Assembly: GCA_036514715.1 (NCBI GenBank)
Contig: DATBWR010000013.1
Coordinates: 6,779-70,778 of the forward strand
Direction of reading: 5' to 3'
Length of the DNA stretch: 64,000 bases
Source: Candidatus Nanoarchaeia archaeon
GTDB taxonomy: Bacteria; Patescibacteriota; Microgenomatia; Woykebacterales; RBG-16-39-9b
Made by a program: the position numbers and the translations under genes
In this document: positions 56,639 to 64,000 of the stretch, in pieces
Position numbering within the stretch: position 1 is the first letter of the stretch
Layout: each line of letters begins with the position of its first letter
The notes under the pieces: model-generated
What the model saw: the letters and a program-made list of their open reading frames with translations, nothing else
Database searches by the model: none
Told to the model about the DNA's origin: nothing

Positions 56639-56974
56639 GTGTCACACGTAGCAGACGCCGCAAGACACTTCGGAGGAATGAACTTAGAGTTTGGGTGGGT
56701 CAAAAAACTCTTCTCGACCCTTCCTCTAATCATTACCGAAGGGACGCTGGGAGTTGGGTTGGTAGTGCTGGGCACGGTCCTCTTCCTTACCCAAGCAATA
56801 CAATCCAAACTCGTTGAGGAGCCAGTCACTAGAGAGTTGCGCTCAACTCTCACCTTGAACGACATGATCGCTCCTTTTGCCATCATGGCAATTGGAATAA
56901 CAGTTTCCTTCCTGTTCTTCGGAAGCCTAATGCACTACCGCTACCGAAAGGGCAACGACCGCTTAAATCCTTAA
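56639..56974 (+). CDS. Hypothetical membrane protein, higher-GC island gene
   Basis: GTG start, two TM helices, RBS GGAGGGAGG. Confidence 0.4.
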   Translation: MSHVADAARHFGGMNLEFGWVKKLFSTLPLIITEGTLGVGLVVLGTVLFLTQAIQSKLVEEPVTRELRSTLTLNDMIAPFAIMAIGITVSFLFFGSLMHYRYRKGNDRLNP

Positions 56975-56994
56975 GCGGTCTTTCTTTAAAGAAG

Positions 56995-57519
56995 TCAAGC
57001 CTCCTTGAGCCAGTTTTGTACAACTTCGGCCGCGCGTAAGATACAACGAGCGGCGGTTTCTTTTTCTCCAGAGGTGAATTTCTGCAAGACAAAACCCTCA
57101 ACATCAATGTTTGGGCTGGCGGGTCGGCCAACACCTAGACGCAGGCGATGAAACTCTTGAGTTCCCAAAGCGCCAATTATTGACTCCACTCCTTTATGAC
57201 CGGCACTAGAGCGGTCGAATTGATGACGAATATCCCCTAGTTCCAAATCCACATCATCATGAACCACTAACATTTCGCTGGGTGTGATTTTGTAAAACTC
57301 CAAAGTTGCCTTTACAGAACGGCCAGAAAGGTTCATAAAAGTCTGGGGTTTAACTAAAATCGTATCAGGCAGTTTGTAAATAATTGCTTCTAACTTTTTA
57401 CTAACCTCTGGGGAAGCTACAGTTCCGGAGATAACTTTATCAATCACCTCAAAACCCAAGTTATGGCGCGTTCCAGCATATTCGGCACTAGGATTTCCTA
57501 AACCAACTACCAGTTTCAT
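56995..57519 (-). CDS. pth: Peptidyl-tRNA hydrolase
   Basis: MKLVVGLGNPSAEYAGTRHNLGF...; the ORF-track N-terminal extension to 57585 is rejected. Confidence 0.85.
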   Translation of the reverse strand: MKLVVGLGNPSAEYAGTRHNLGFEVIDKVISGTVASPEVSKKLEAIIYKLPDTILVKPQTFMNLSGRSVKATLEFYKITPSEMLVVHDDVDLELGDIRHQFDRSSAGHKGVESIIGALGTQEFHRLRLGVGRPASPNIDVEGFVLQKFTSGEKETAARCILRAAEVVQNWLKEA

Positions 57520-57565
57520 CTTCTTAAGATTAGCTTCTTGTTTAGTTTTTTTCAATCTCTGACAA

Positions 57566-57589
57566 ATATATGAATGTTTATTCATATAT
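57566..57589. repeat. 24-bp palindrome ATATATGAAT-GTTT-ATTCATATAT (copy d)
   Basis: Read directly; in the divergent intergenic region upstream of pth. Confidence 0.8.
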
Positions 57590-57672
57590 CTTTAGATACT
57601 ATGGGATTTACTTTTGCTTGGTTGTATGTTATTATTGCCTTAATAAACAGGAAGAAAGTAGGAGGGTAAAGA

Positions 57673-58077
57673 ATGTCACTAGTAGGTGGGCTCAAGGAGT
57701 CTGGTTCTGGACTTTGGGTGAGTTCCTACCCAACCAGGGGGCAAGAACTGGTTGCCTTCGATGACGATGGACACGATATTAGCTGCGGACAGGTGATTTG
57801 CTGGGAAGCAATCTGCAGCTACTATTTCGAAGCTGCCACACCAAAACCTGGGTTTCGGGTTCGAACCATGGAACGTGGTGACTTCGACGTACGTATTGCC
57901 AGTGTCCAAAGCTACGAAGACAGCGACTACGACGTGATCACTTCTTTCGATGAGGTTCTCCGTCTACCAGAAGGGTCCTACGGAAGGTGCGTTTACGAAC
58001 CCGGCCCACTGCTCAGAATCAGGAGGATGCTCACTCACTTCTCCTGGCCAGGAATCGCTATCCCCGTCGGCTTCTAA
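57673..58077 (+). CDS. Hypothetical protein, high-GC island gene
   Basis: 134 aa, strong RBS AGGAGGG. Confidence 0.4.
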   Translation: MSLVGGLKESGSGLWVSSYPTRGQELVAFDDDGHDISCGQVICWEAICSYYFEAATPKPGFRVRTMERGDFDVRIASVQSYEDSDYDVITSFDEVLRLPEGSYGRCVYEPGPLLRIRRMLTHFSWPGIAIPVGF

Positions 58078-58135
58078 AAAGAGTGTTCCGCAAACCAAAA
58101 ACCGCTTTCCAAAATAAGGAAGCGGTTTTCTTTTT

Positions 58136-58612
58136 CTAGATTATTTTGGGAACGGAAATTTCTTTGAGGATTGTCTCTTCCAGTTTTTCCATGGCAAAAG
58201 TTTCTTGAGGCTTTTCGTGATCGTAACCAAACAGGTGCAAAATCCCATGCACTACAAGTAAGTTCAACATCTCATCAACAAGCATATCTTCTTTGGCTGC
58301 TCTCACCAAGAGCTGCGGGTAAGAAATAATCACGTCCCCTAAATTAAGTACTTCAGAGTTCGGGGGGTTCACAAAACCAGAGCTCCCCTGACTCTGGGCA
58401 TCAAACGGAAAGGCTAAAACATCAGTAGTCTTATCCTGCCCCCGAAAATCCCTGTTAAGAACGCGCATTTTTCGATCGCCGATAATAGCAATAGCAACAC
58501 TTGTATCGCTGGTAGGCGCAATTTTTTCTAAAGTGACCTTAGCAGTCTTTATAATTTGGGATCGTCGAATTGGGTAGTGAGGTTCAACGGTGGCGCGAAC
58601 GTCAAGCGCCAT
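58136..58612 (-). CDS. ybeY: Endoribonuclease YbeY (rRNA maturation factor)
   Basis: HGILHLFGYDHE zinc-binding motif. Confidence 0.85.
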   Translation of the reverse strand: MALDVRATVEPHYPIRRSQIIKTAKVTLEKIAPTSDTSVAIAIIGDRKMRVLNRDFRGQDKTTDVLAFPFDAQSQGSSGFVNPPNSEVLNLGDVIISYPQLLVRAAKEDMLVDEMLNLLVVHGILHLFGYDHEKPQETFAMEKLEETILKEISVPKII

Positions 58613-58613
58613 A

Positions 58614-58808
58614 TTATTCGCCTCTTCTGGCTCGGGCCATCATCAGACGCCGGCGCTCTTTGGCCTCACGTTTGCGCACGACAGAAGGCTTCTCGTAAAA
58701 CTCACGTTTTTTGAGTTCATTGAGAATTCCGTCGGACAGAACTTTTTTATTGAATTTTCGGATTAGAACCTCAACTGGTTCTCCCTCTTGCGCTCTAACT
58801 ATAGTCAT
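58614..58808 (-). CDS. rpsU: Ribosomal protein S21
   Basis: 64 aa, basic, typical S21 sequence. Confidence 0.85.
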   Translation of the reverse strand: MTIVRAQEGEPVEVLIRKFNKKVLSDGILNELKKREFYEKPSVVRKREAKERRRLMMARARRGE

Positions 58809-58838
58809 TTAGAATAAAAACACCTCCTGACCTTACAA

Positions 58839-59150
58839 CTAATCGCCTAGCAAGTGCCAATGTAAATGCGACACCTCAAGTCTCGCCCCACCGTTGATAA
58901 CTAAGTGATACGAGCCTCCAATTTTTTGCTCTCTTATTAATCTTTGTATCACTTTTACCATTTTTGTCAACAGAGAAAAATTCTTGACTGATAAGTCTAA
59001 AAAGCTCTTTATGTGCAGGGTTGGTACTACTAGTAAGTGTACCCTTGCTTTTGGTTTAATGTCAGCAAAAACAACAATTTCTCTGTCCTGATAAACGAAC
59101 TTAGTCGGAATCTCGCCTTTTATAATTTTGCAAAACAAACAACCATTCAT
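58839..59150 (-). CDS. HIT-family (histidine triad) protein
   Basis: HLHWHLLG histidine-triad motif and CLFCKI N-terminus. Confidence 0.75.
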   Translation of the reverse strand: MNGCLFCKIIKGEIPTKFVYQDREIVVFADIKPKARVHLLVVPTLHIKSFLDLSVKNFSLLTKMVKVIQRLIREQKIGGSYHLVINGGARLEVSHLHWHLLGD

Positions 59151-59174
59151 AAAACTTCTTTTGCTTATTACCTA

Positions 59175-60089
59175 TTACTTTCTACTTGCTACTCTTTTCT
59201 TTAGGTTTTCTAAAACCTCATAAGGCACTTTCAGGTAAAAATCTTCAAACCCTAAATTTTTCCCAGCGCTTCCAAAACCGTGAAAATCGCTCCCACCGGT
59301 TTTAACTAAATTGTACTTGTCCGCGAGAACTTCAAAATGCTCCACGCACTTTTTGGTATCTTCAACACTGTCACGGTGAGCCCAAACTTCGATGCCATCT
59401 AAACCCAAACCAACCAAAGTTTTGACCCAGTGATCAGCAAAAATAAGTCGGCTTTTAATCTTTTCAGTTAAGTTCCAGCAGGGATGTGCCAAAACTGCCA
59501 AACCACCAGCTCCGTGAATTAAATCAAGCGCCTCTTTTGGTGTGGCTGCATTTCGTGGCGAGTAAGCAGGGCCATCCGGGTTTAAATACTTCTCAATAAA
59601 GCCCCCTGTTGAGGGTATTTCCCCGAAATCTTTTTTTAACTTCTCTTCATTTTCTTTTTTACTAATAACTACACTAGCGATGTGCGGTTTGACAATCGTA
59701 CCCTTAGTTGTATCTCTAAGATCTTTAAAAGTAATTTTGTAGCCAAGTTGTTCGAGGTTCTCAACTATTTCCTTGGCTACTCTCTCCCTTTCCTTTTGGT
59801 AAAATTCAAGTTTTTTCTGTAAAATGTGGTTTCTCGGGTCAATGAAATACCCTAGAATATGCAGGTCGTTACGTGAGTCAATGTAGGCAGTAATTTCCAC
59901 TGCTGGTACAACTTCAACCCCTAGCTCTTGACCTTTCAGGGTAGCTACCTCAGTGGCTTTAGTGTTATCGTGATCAGTAACCGCAATTGCCGAGAGCTTG
60001 GCTTTTTTTGCCTCAACCACTAGTTGGTTCGGCGTTAAACCACCGTCGGAATAGACAGTATGAGTGTGCAAATCAACAAAGCGAGCCAT
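59175..60089 (-). CDS. PHP-domain metal-dependent phosphoesterase
   Basis: VDLHTHTVYSDG motif. Confidence 0.75.
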   Translation of the reverse strand: MARFVDLHTHTVYSDGGLTPNQLVVEAKKAKLSAIAVTDHDNTKATEVATLKGQELGVEVVPAVEITAYIDSRNDLHILGYFIDPRNHILQKKLEFYQKERERVAKEIVENLEQLGYKITFKDLRDTTKGTIVKPHIASVVISKKENEEKLKKDFGEIPSTGGFIEKYLNPDGPAYSPRNAATPKEALDLIHGAGGLAVLAHPCWNLTEKIKSRLIFADHWVKTLVGLGLDGIEVWAHRDSVEDTKKCVEHFEVLADKYNLVKTGGSDFHGFGSAGKNLGFEDFYLKVPYEVLENLKKRVASRK

Positions 60090-60204
60090 CGAGGCATTTT
60101 ACTCTTTTTCGGCAGGAAAAACAAATTTAGTCGTTTCTCTTACCAATAGAAAAACGGCTCGGTGAAAGTTGCACGAAGCCGTTTTTCCTTTTTGAAAGTC
60201 AAAT

Positions 60205-60399
60205 TTAATGAACTAAAGCTGCTTTTACCTCGTCTGAAGAGTTGTAAGTGCCTTCGGCGAGATTGTTCTTCACATCATCGAGAACTTCAGCGGGAACATC
60301 TTCCCCATTACAAGCCGCGACAATAGCTTCTTTGGTAGCTGGCCAGGTAATGTGTCCTTCCATGTGGTCGGAGTGCTCATTCCATTGTCCTTCGGTCAT
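60205..60399 (-). CDS. DUF2795-like small protein
   Basis: WPATKEAIVAACNG motif; 64 aa. Confidence 0.35.
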   Translation of the reverse strand: MTEGQWNEHSDHMEGHITWPATKEAIVAACNGEDVPAEVLDDVKNNLAEGTYNSSDEVKAALVH

Positions 60400-60525
60400 A
60401 AAAAATTCACCTCCTTTTATCTATTCAGTGTTTTTCATTCTATTGTTAAGTAATTAACAAGTCAATTAGCAAACAAGCCAAAAGAAAACTCCCACTGAAA
60501 GATTGATCAATGGGAGCTTTTAACT

Positions 60526-60714
60526 CTAGTGTTCCTGTTTAGCGAGGATCTGGCGGACAGTCTTCCCTAGACCGTAGTCAGGGTAGATGTAAGCCAGTTT
60601 ACCGAGCCCGAAATTGACTCCAACCCTCCCCGCACTGTCAGAGAACACTTTGGGATACGCTAATCCTTGCGTTTCTTCGTCCTCCTTGACTCCCTTGGTT
60701 GGGAGTAAGGACAC
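60526..60714 (-). CDS. Hypothetical small protein
   Basis: 62-aa ORF. Confidence 0.3.
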   Translation of the reverse strand: MSLLPTKGVKEDEETQGLAYPKVFSDSAGRVGVNFGLGKLAYIYPDYGLGKTVRQILAKQEH

Positions 60715-60800
60715 TTTTCTGATCCACCTCCTCTGAGTTTTTAGTGGATTAAGTTTACTATTCTCACTATGGGTTTGTCAACCTTCCGACAGTGGGTTGC

Positions 60801-60829
60801 TTGTTTACTTAAAAAGGATAAGTTATAAT
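60801..60829 (+). promoter_or_regulatory. Promoter TTGTTT-N17-TATAAT (perfect -10)
   Basis: Read directly upstream of the ORF-free locus. Confidence 0.45.
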
Positions 60830-60835
60830 TTACTT

Positions 60836-61112
60836 ACTGGTGGAGAAAGTTTAGTTGAGTGTATCTTAAGCCGCAGCAGGGAAAGCGGTACGTGTAAGCT
60901 CAAGGAGGAGCGCAAGAGATCAACTCAAACCTTTCTCCATCAGGACCAAAACGTGAGCGAGGGTCGGGACAAGAAGAACCTAATTTGTCACGGGTCTGGA
61001 GGTTTGTGTCTTCAGCTTGTCCTTAACAGTCGGCCCTTTCTCTACCTTAGGCTCGGTGTGTTCTCTCCCCCACACTAGTGGTCGCGCCGCACACCGAGCC
61101 TCTTTCATTTTC
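60836..61112 (+). ncRNA. Candidate sRNA (~275 nt) between a consensus -10 promoter and an intrinsic terminator
   Basis: 390-bp ORF-free interval; 20-bp interrupted long-range helix GGUGGAGAAAG-UUUAGUUGAG / CAACUCAAAC-CUUUCUCCAUC closing a ~60-nt domain; 3' terminator stem GGCUCGGUGUG/CACACCGAGCC plus UCUUUCAUUUUC. Confidence 0.35.
61050..61112 (+). terminator. Intrinsic terminator (11-bp perfect stem, large loop, U-tract)
   Basis: Read directly. Confidence 0.5.
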
Positions 61113-61522
61113 TAAAAATTTCCTGAAGAAAGTTTTGCCCGTGCCTGAGTGTTAGTTTTAGCTTTTAGTGCAGTTTCAACAAATCTTAGTAATTTGCTCG
61201 TCTTATCTTTATTTGAAAACTTTGCTGTCTTGGACAAGAATTTGCTGAATTCATCTGAGGAATCTAAATAGTTCTTAGCTTGTCGAAAGGTTTCGTAACT
61301 GACTTTTAAGGCCTCTTTAACTTCTGTTTCTGAATACCCACCTACAATCATTAAATAAAGACCCAATCTTTTGGCCAACATTCCTTTTTCTTCTTTAGTG
61401 AGAAAACGTTGCAAAAAATCTTCAATCTGAGCTTGATTACTGGAAGCTAAAACTTGAGCAAATGTTTCATTAACCTGATTCCAAACGGACTTCTTTAATG
61501 GTGTCTTTGAAACCCTCGTCAT
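61112..61522 (-). CDS. Putative TrpR/YerC-like small DNA-binding protein
   Basis: Start at internal MTRVSK; helical protein with KEEKGMLAKRLGLYLMIVGGYSETEV segment; weak family assignment. Confidence 0.35.
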   Translation of the reverse strand: MTRVSKTPLKKSVWNQVNETFAQVLASSNQAQIEDFLQRFLTKEEKGMLAKRLGLYLMIVGGYSETEVKEALKVSYETFRQAKNYLDSSDEFSKFLSKTAKFSNKDKTSKLLRFVETALKAKTNTQARAKLSSGNF

Positions 61523-61606
61523 AATTACTAATATAATTATTATATTAGTATTAGTCAACTGTAGAGTTTTGTTAATTTAGACTAATAATCAAGCTATTTA
61601 CTTAAA

Positions 61607-62821
61607 CTATATAGAGGTAATTTTTACGAGTTTTGTAGATTCCTCACCGCGGTTTTTGACTTCAATTGCTTCTTCTTTAAGAGATTTTTCGCTGACGATC
61701 CAGCGCTCAGGTATACCAATCAGGTCACTGTCGGCAAGTTTTTCACCGGCACTCATTTGTCTGTCGTCAAACAAAACTTCAGTACCTTTTTTCAAAAGCT
61801 TTTCATAAATTTCTTCAGAGGCTTTCGTAACTTCTTTTTCTCCACCTAAAGAAAGTAAGTGGACCGCAAACGGAGCAACACTCTCAGGCCAAACAATGCC
61901 TTTTTCATCGTTAAAAACTTCAACAATTGTGGCCAGCAACCGCCCCAAACCAATTCCGTAGCAACCCATTAAAATTGGCTTTTCGGTTCCGTCGGCTTCC
62001 ACAAAGTTTGCACCCATGGCCTCAGAATACTTGGCTCCCAGTTGAAAAACTTGTCCGGCCTCGACCGCTTGAATCTGCTCAAATTTACCCTTTTTACCCT
62101 CAGAAATTTCTTCAAGTAAGTCTTTATTATAAGCTTCACCGTTTTCATCCGAGACGTAGACAGTATCTTCTCCAACTTTAGTCGGTACTTGAAATTCGTA
62201 AGTAACACTTCCGCCGATCGTCCCACCAGAGGCTTTGGCGATAATCGGTTTTAGATTTACACGAGCAAAGATTTTCTCATACGCACTAACAACTTTCTCA
62301 AAAAAGTTGTCTAAATCCTCTTGAGTTGCGTGGAAACTGTAAAGATCTTTCATGGAAAATTCTCGCACGCGCAATAAACCACCGGTAGAACGCACTTCGT
62401 TGCGGAATTTAGTTTGGATTTGGTAAAGGGAGAACGGCAGGTCTTTGTAGCTTTGGACCCGTCTGCGCACAAGGTCAGTGATTACTTCTTCATGAGTTGG
62501 CCCTAAAGCAATTTCTTTGTCGTGCCGGTCTTTGAATTTAAATAAAGGTGGGTCAATCGTGGTCCAACGGCCAGTCTCCTCCCACAAATTCTTTGGGGAT
62601 AAAGCTGGCATCAAAATTTCCTGGCCGCCGAGAGCGTTCATCTCATGCCGAATAATGTTTTCAATTTTCTTGAGGACGCGCAAGCCTAAAGGCAAAAAAG
62701 TGTAAACCCCGCTCATCAACTGGTCGATAAAGCCACCGCGAACTAAATATTGGTGGGAAATCGCCGTTGCCTCGGCTGGAGCCTGCCGAGAAGTTTTTCC
62801 AAAAAGGCTGCCTTGTCTCAT
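61607..62821 (-). CDS. proS: Prolyl-tRNA synthetase, compact form without the INS editing domain
   Basis: N-terminus aligns with bacterial ProRS (…HQYLVRGGFIDQ..GVYTFLPLGLRVLKKIENIIR…LGPTHEEVITDLVR…LYQIQTKFRNEVR…); 404 aa. Confidence 0.85.
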   Translation of the reverse strand: MRQGSLFGKTSRQAPAEATAISHQYLVRGGFIDQLMSGVYTFLPLGLRVLKKIENIIRHEMNALGGQEILMPALSPKNLWEETGRWTTIDPPLFKFKDRHDKEIALGPTHEEVITDLVRRRVQSYKDLPFSLYQIQTKFRNEVRSTGGLLRVREFSMKDLYSFHATQEDLDNFFEKVVSAYEKIFARVNLKPIIAKASGGTIGGSVTYEFQVPTKVGEDTVYVSDENGEAYNKDLLEEISEGKKGKFEQIQAVEAGQVFQLGAKYSEAMGANFVEADGTEKPILMGCYGIGLGRLLATIVEVFNDEKGIVWPESVAPFAVHLLSLGGEKEVTKASEEIYEKLLKKGTEVLFDDRQMSAGEKLADSDLIGIPERWIVSEKSLKEEAIEVKNRGEESTKLVKITSI

Positions 62822-62833
62822 TTTTGATTCTTA

Positions 62834-62879
62834 TCGAAAATATCGACCGTAATATTAATTAATAGTTTCTCAGAAACAA
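62834..62879 (-). promoter_or_regulatory. Conserved 5' leader module upstream of proS; copy 3 of 3
   Basis: Reverse complement reads GTTGTTTCTGAGAAACTATTAATTAATATTACGGTCGATATTTTCG. Confidence 0.55.
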
Positions 62880-62901
62880 CATTCTGGTCGTTATAGTGGA
62901 A

Positions 62902-62930
62902 AGTATAAATTAGCGGGAATTAAGTATCAA
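62902..62930 (-). promoter_or_regulatory. Promoter TTGATA-N17-TATACT upstream of the proS leader
   Basis: Read on the reverse complement, in the rseP-proS intergenic region. Confidence 0.45.
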
Positions 62931-62936
62931 GTGGGG

Positions 62937-64000
62937 TCAACCGAAGATGCGGCCGGTGAAGATTTTGACTACGTCGTTGAAAGTAATGAGGAGGAAAAGA
63001 AAAATGAGGACTACAAAACCAATGCTGTGAACTAAGTTCTCTACTTTAGGGCTAACTTTTTTGCCCCGCACTGCTTCAAGGGCGAAAAAGAACAACCTTC
63101 CCCCATCCATAGCGGGAATCGGCAGAATGTTCACCACACCTAAAACCAGACTAATGAAGGCAGTTAAAGTTAACAGAATTCGCACCGATTCAGTACCAGC
63201 ATTTTGCACAATTACTCCTAAGACTGCCACAATTCCGACTGGTCCGGAAGATTGACTGGCAATTGGTTCAAGGGAGCCTTGCTCAAAGGCCTTACCAAAA
63301 ATAGTTTTCATTCCTACCCACTGGTACTGCAACATATTGCCTGAGTGTAAAACTCCGGAAAAAAGCCTTTCAGCAAAACTTTCATAGGCAACCGTTGCAC
63401 CCTGAGCTAAACCTAATCCAAGGGCTCCCTGACCCTCTGGGGGATCAATTCTCGGTACAGCGTTCACCACCCGAAGTTGATTATCTTCCTTGATGTTTTC
63501 GACTAGTAAACTAAGGGGCTTGCCTTTATTTACCTCAACTAGGTCTTGAAGGTCCTCAACGAAATTTACACGCTGACCATCATGAGACAAGATTTTGTCG
63601 CCGAACTTCAAGCCCGCCATCTGGGCAGGAGAACCTTCTTCCACGCCAGTAATCAGGACATAATTGGTTTGTTTACCAAAAGGAAATTGGTTTGGTATTT
63701 GCAAATCAAAATCGGCCTTAAAACTGCTTGCCGCCAAAAGAATGGTGAAAAGTATGACCGCCAGAGCTATGTTGACGATCACACCGGCAGCAGCAATAAT
63801 AATGCGCACACCAACCGGTTTTGAAGTGAAAGCTCTAGGGCCACGCGCAGAGCCAGATTCTTCCCCATAAAGTTTTACAAAACCACCCGCCGGCAACCAA
63901 TTGATCGAATAGGTTGTTTCACCCTTTTTTACTGACCAAATCTTACCCGGAAAAGGAAAGCCGAAGCCAAACTCCTCAACCTTCACACCAAAAAGTTTAG
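62937..64000 (-). CDS. rseP: RIP metalloprotease RseP (site-2 protease, M50 with PDZ), N-terminus beyond window end
   Basis: PDZ domain and C-terminal membrane segment with NILPIPAMDGGRLFF; the HExxH motif is expected upstream of coordinate 64000. Confidence 0.8.
   Translation of the reverse strand, partial: KLFGVKVEEFGFGFPFPGKIWSVKKGETTYSINWLPAGGFVKLYGEESGSARGPRAFTSKPVGVRIIIAAAGVIVNIALAVILFTILLAASSFKADFDLQIPNQFPFGKQTNYVLITGVEEGSPAQMAGLKFGDKILSHDGQRVNFVEDLQDLVEVNKGKPLSLLVENIKEDNQLRVVNAVPRIDPPEGQGALGLGLAQGATVAYESFAERLFSGVLHSGNMLQYQWVGMKTIFGKAFEQGSLEPIASQSSGPVGIVAVLGVIVQNAGTESVRILLTLTAFISLVLGVVNILPIPAMDGGRLFFFALEAVRGKKVSPKVENLVHSIGFVVLIFLFLLITFNDVVKIFTGRIFG

Overview
This 64-kb window looks like a low-GC (~35-42%) small-genome bacterium with Patescibacteria/CPR-like traits; the taxon call is inference. 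Supporting observations: minimal housekeeping proteins (404-aa ProRS with no editing insert, 623-aa Mfd, 311-aa RF1), a type IV pilus cluster, many small hypotheticals, and the standard genetic code with UGA used as a stop. Coordinates I derived by counting within sequence lines are approximate (+/-2 nt); ORF-track coordinates are used where available. Backbone genes: MFS transporter (partial), pepA, M24 aminopeptidase, efp, tRNA-Leu(CAA), dnaB, MBL hydrolase, hisS, EamA transporter, rpmE, prfA-prmC, htrA, purC, ctpA, rpsF-ssb-rpsR, ychF, DEAD-box helicase, MFS efflux pump, pilin/pilN/pilO cluster, cysS, recR-ybaB-dnaX, mfd, pth, ybeY-rpsU, HIT, PHP, proS, rseP (partial). Accessory content: a toxin-antitoxin island (vapBC, two hicAB pairs, DUF4258/DUF2283), a cohesin-like/dockerin surface-protein pair, and about eight short islands of clearly higher GC (50-60%) carrying small unknown genes. 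Notable non-coding signals: (1) a ~190-nt element present twice (27.3 kb and 49.3 kb, ~85% identical) whose differences are compensatory in several helices, the best candidate here for a novel structured RNA; (2) a conserved ~45-nt hairpin-containing 5' leader module shared by hisS, rpmE and proS; (3) a 24-bp perfect palindrome ATATATGAAT-N4-ATTCATATAT in four intergenic copies; (4) two ORF-free loci delimited by promoter and terminator (candidate sRNAs), plus a promoter-leader-terminator arrangement upstream of a small Zn-finger operon. No rRNA, CRISPR array, integrase or transposase was recognised.
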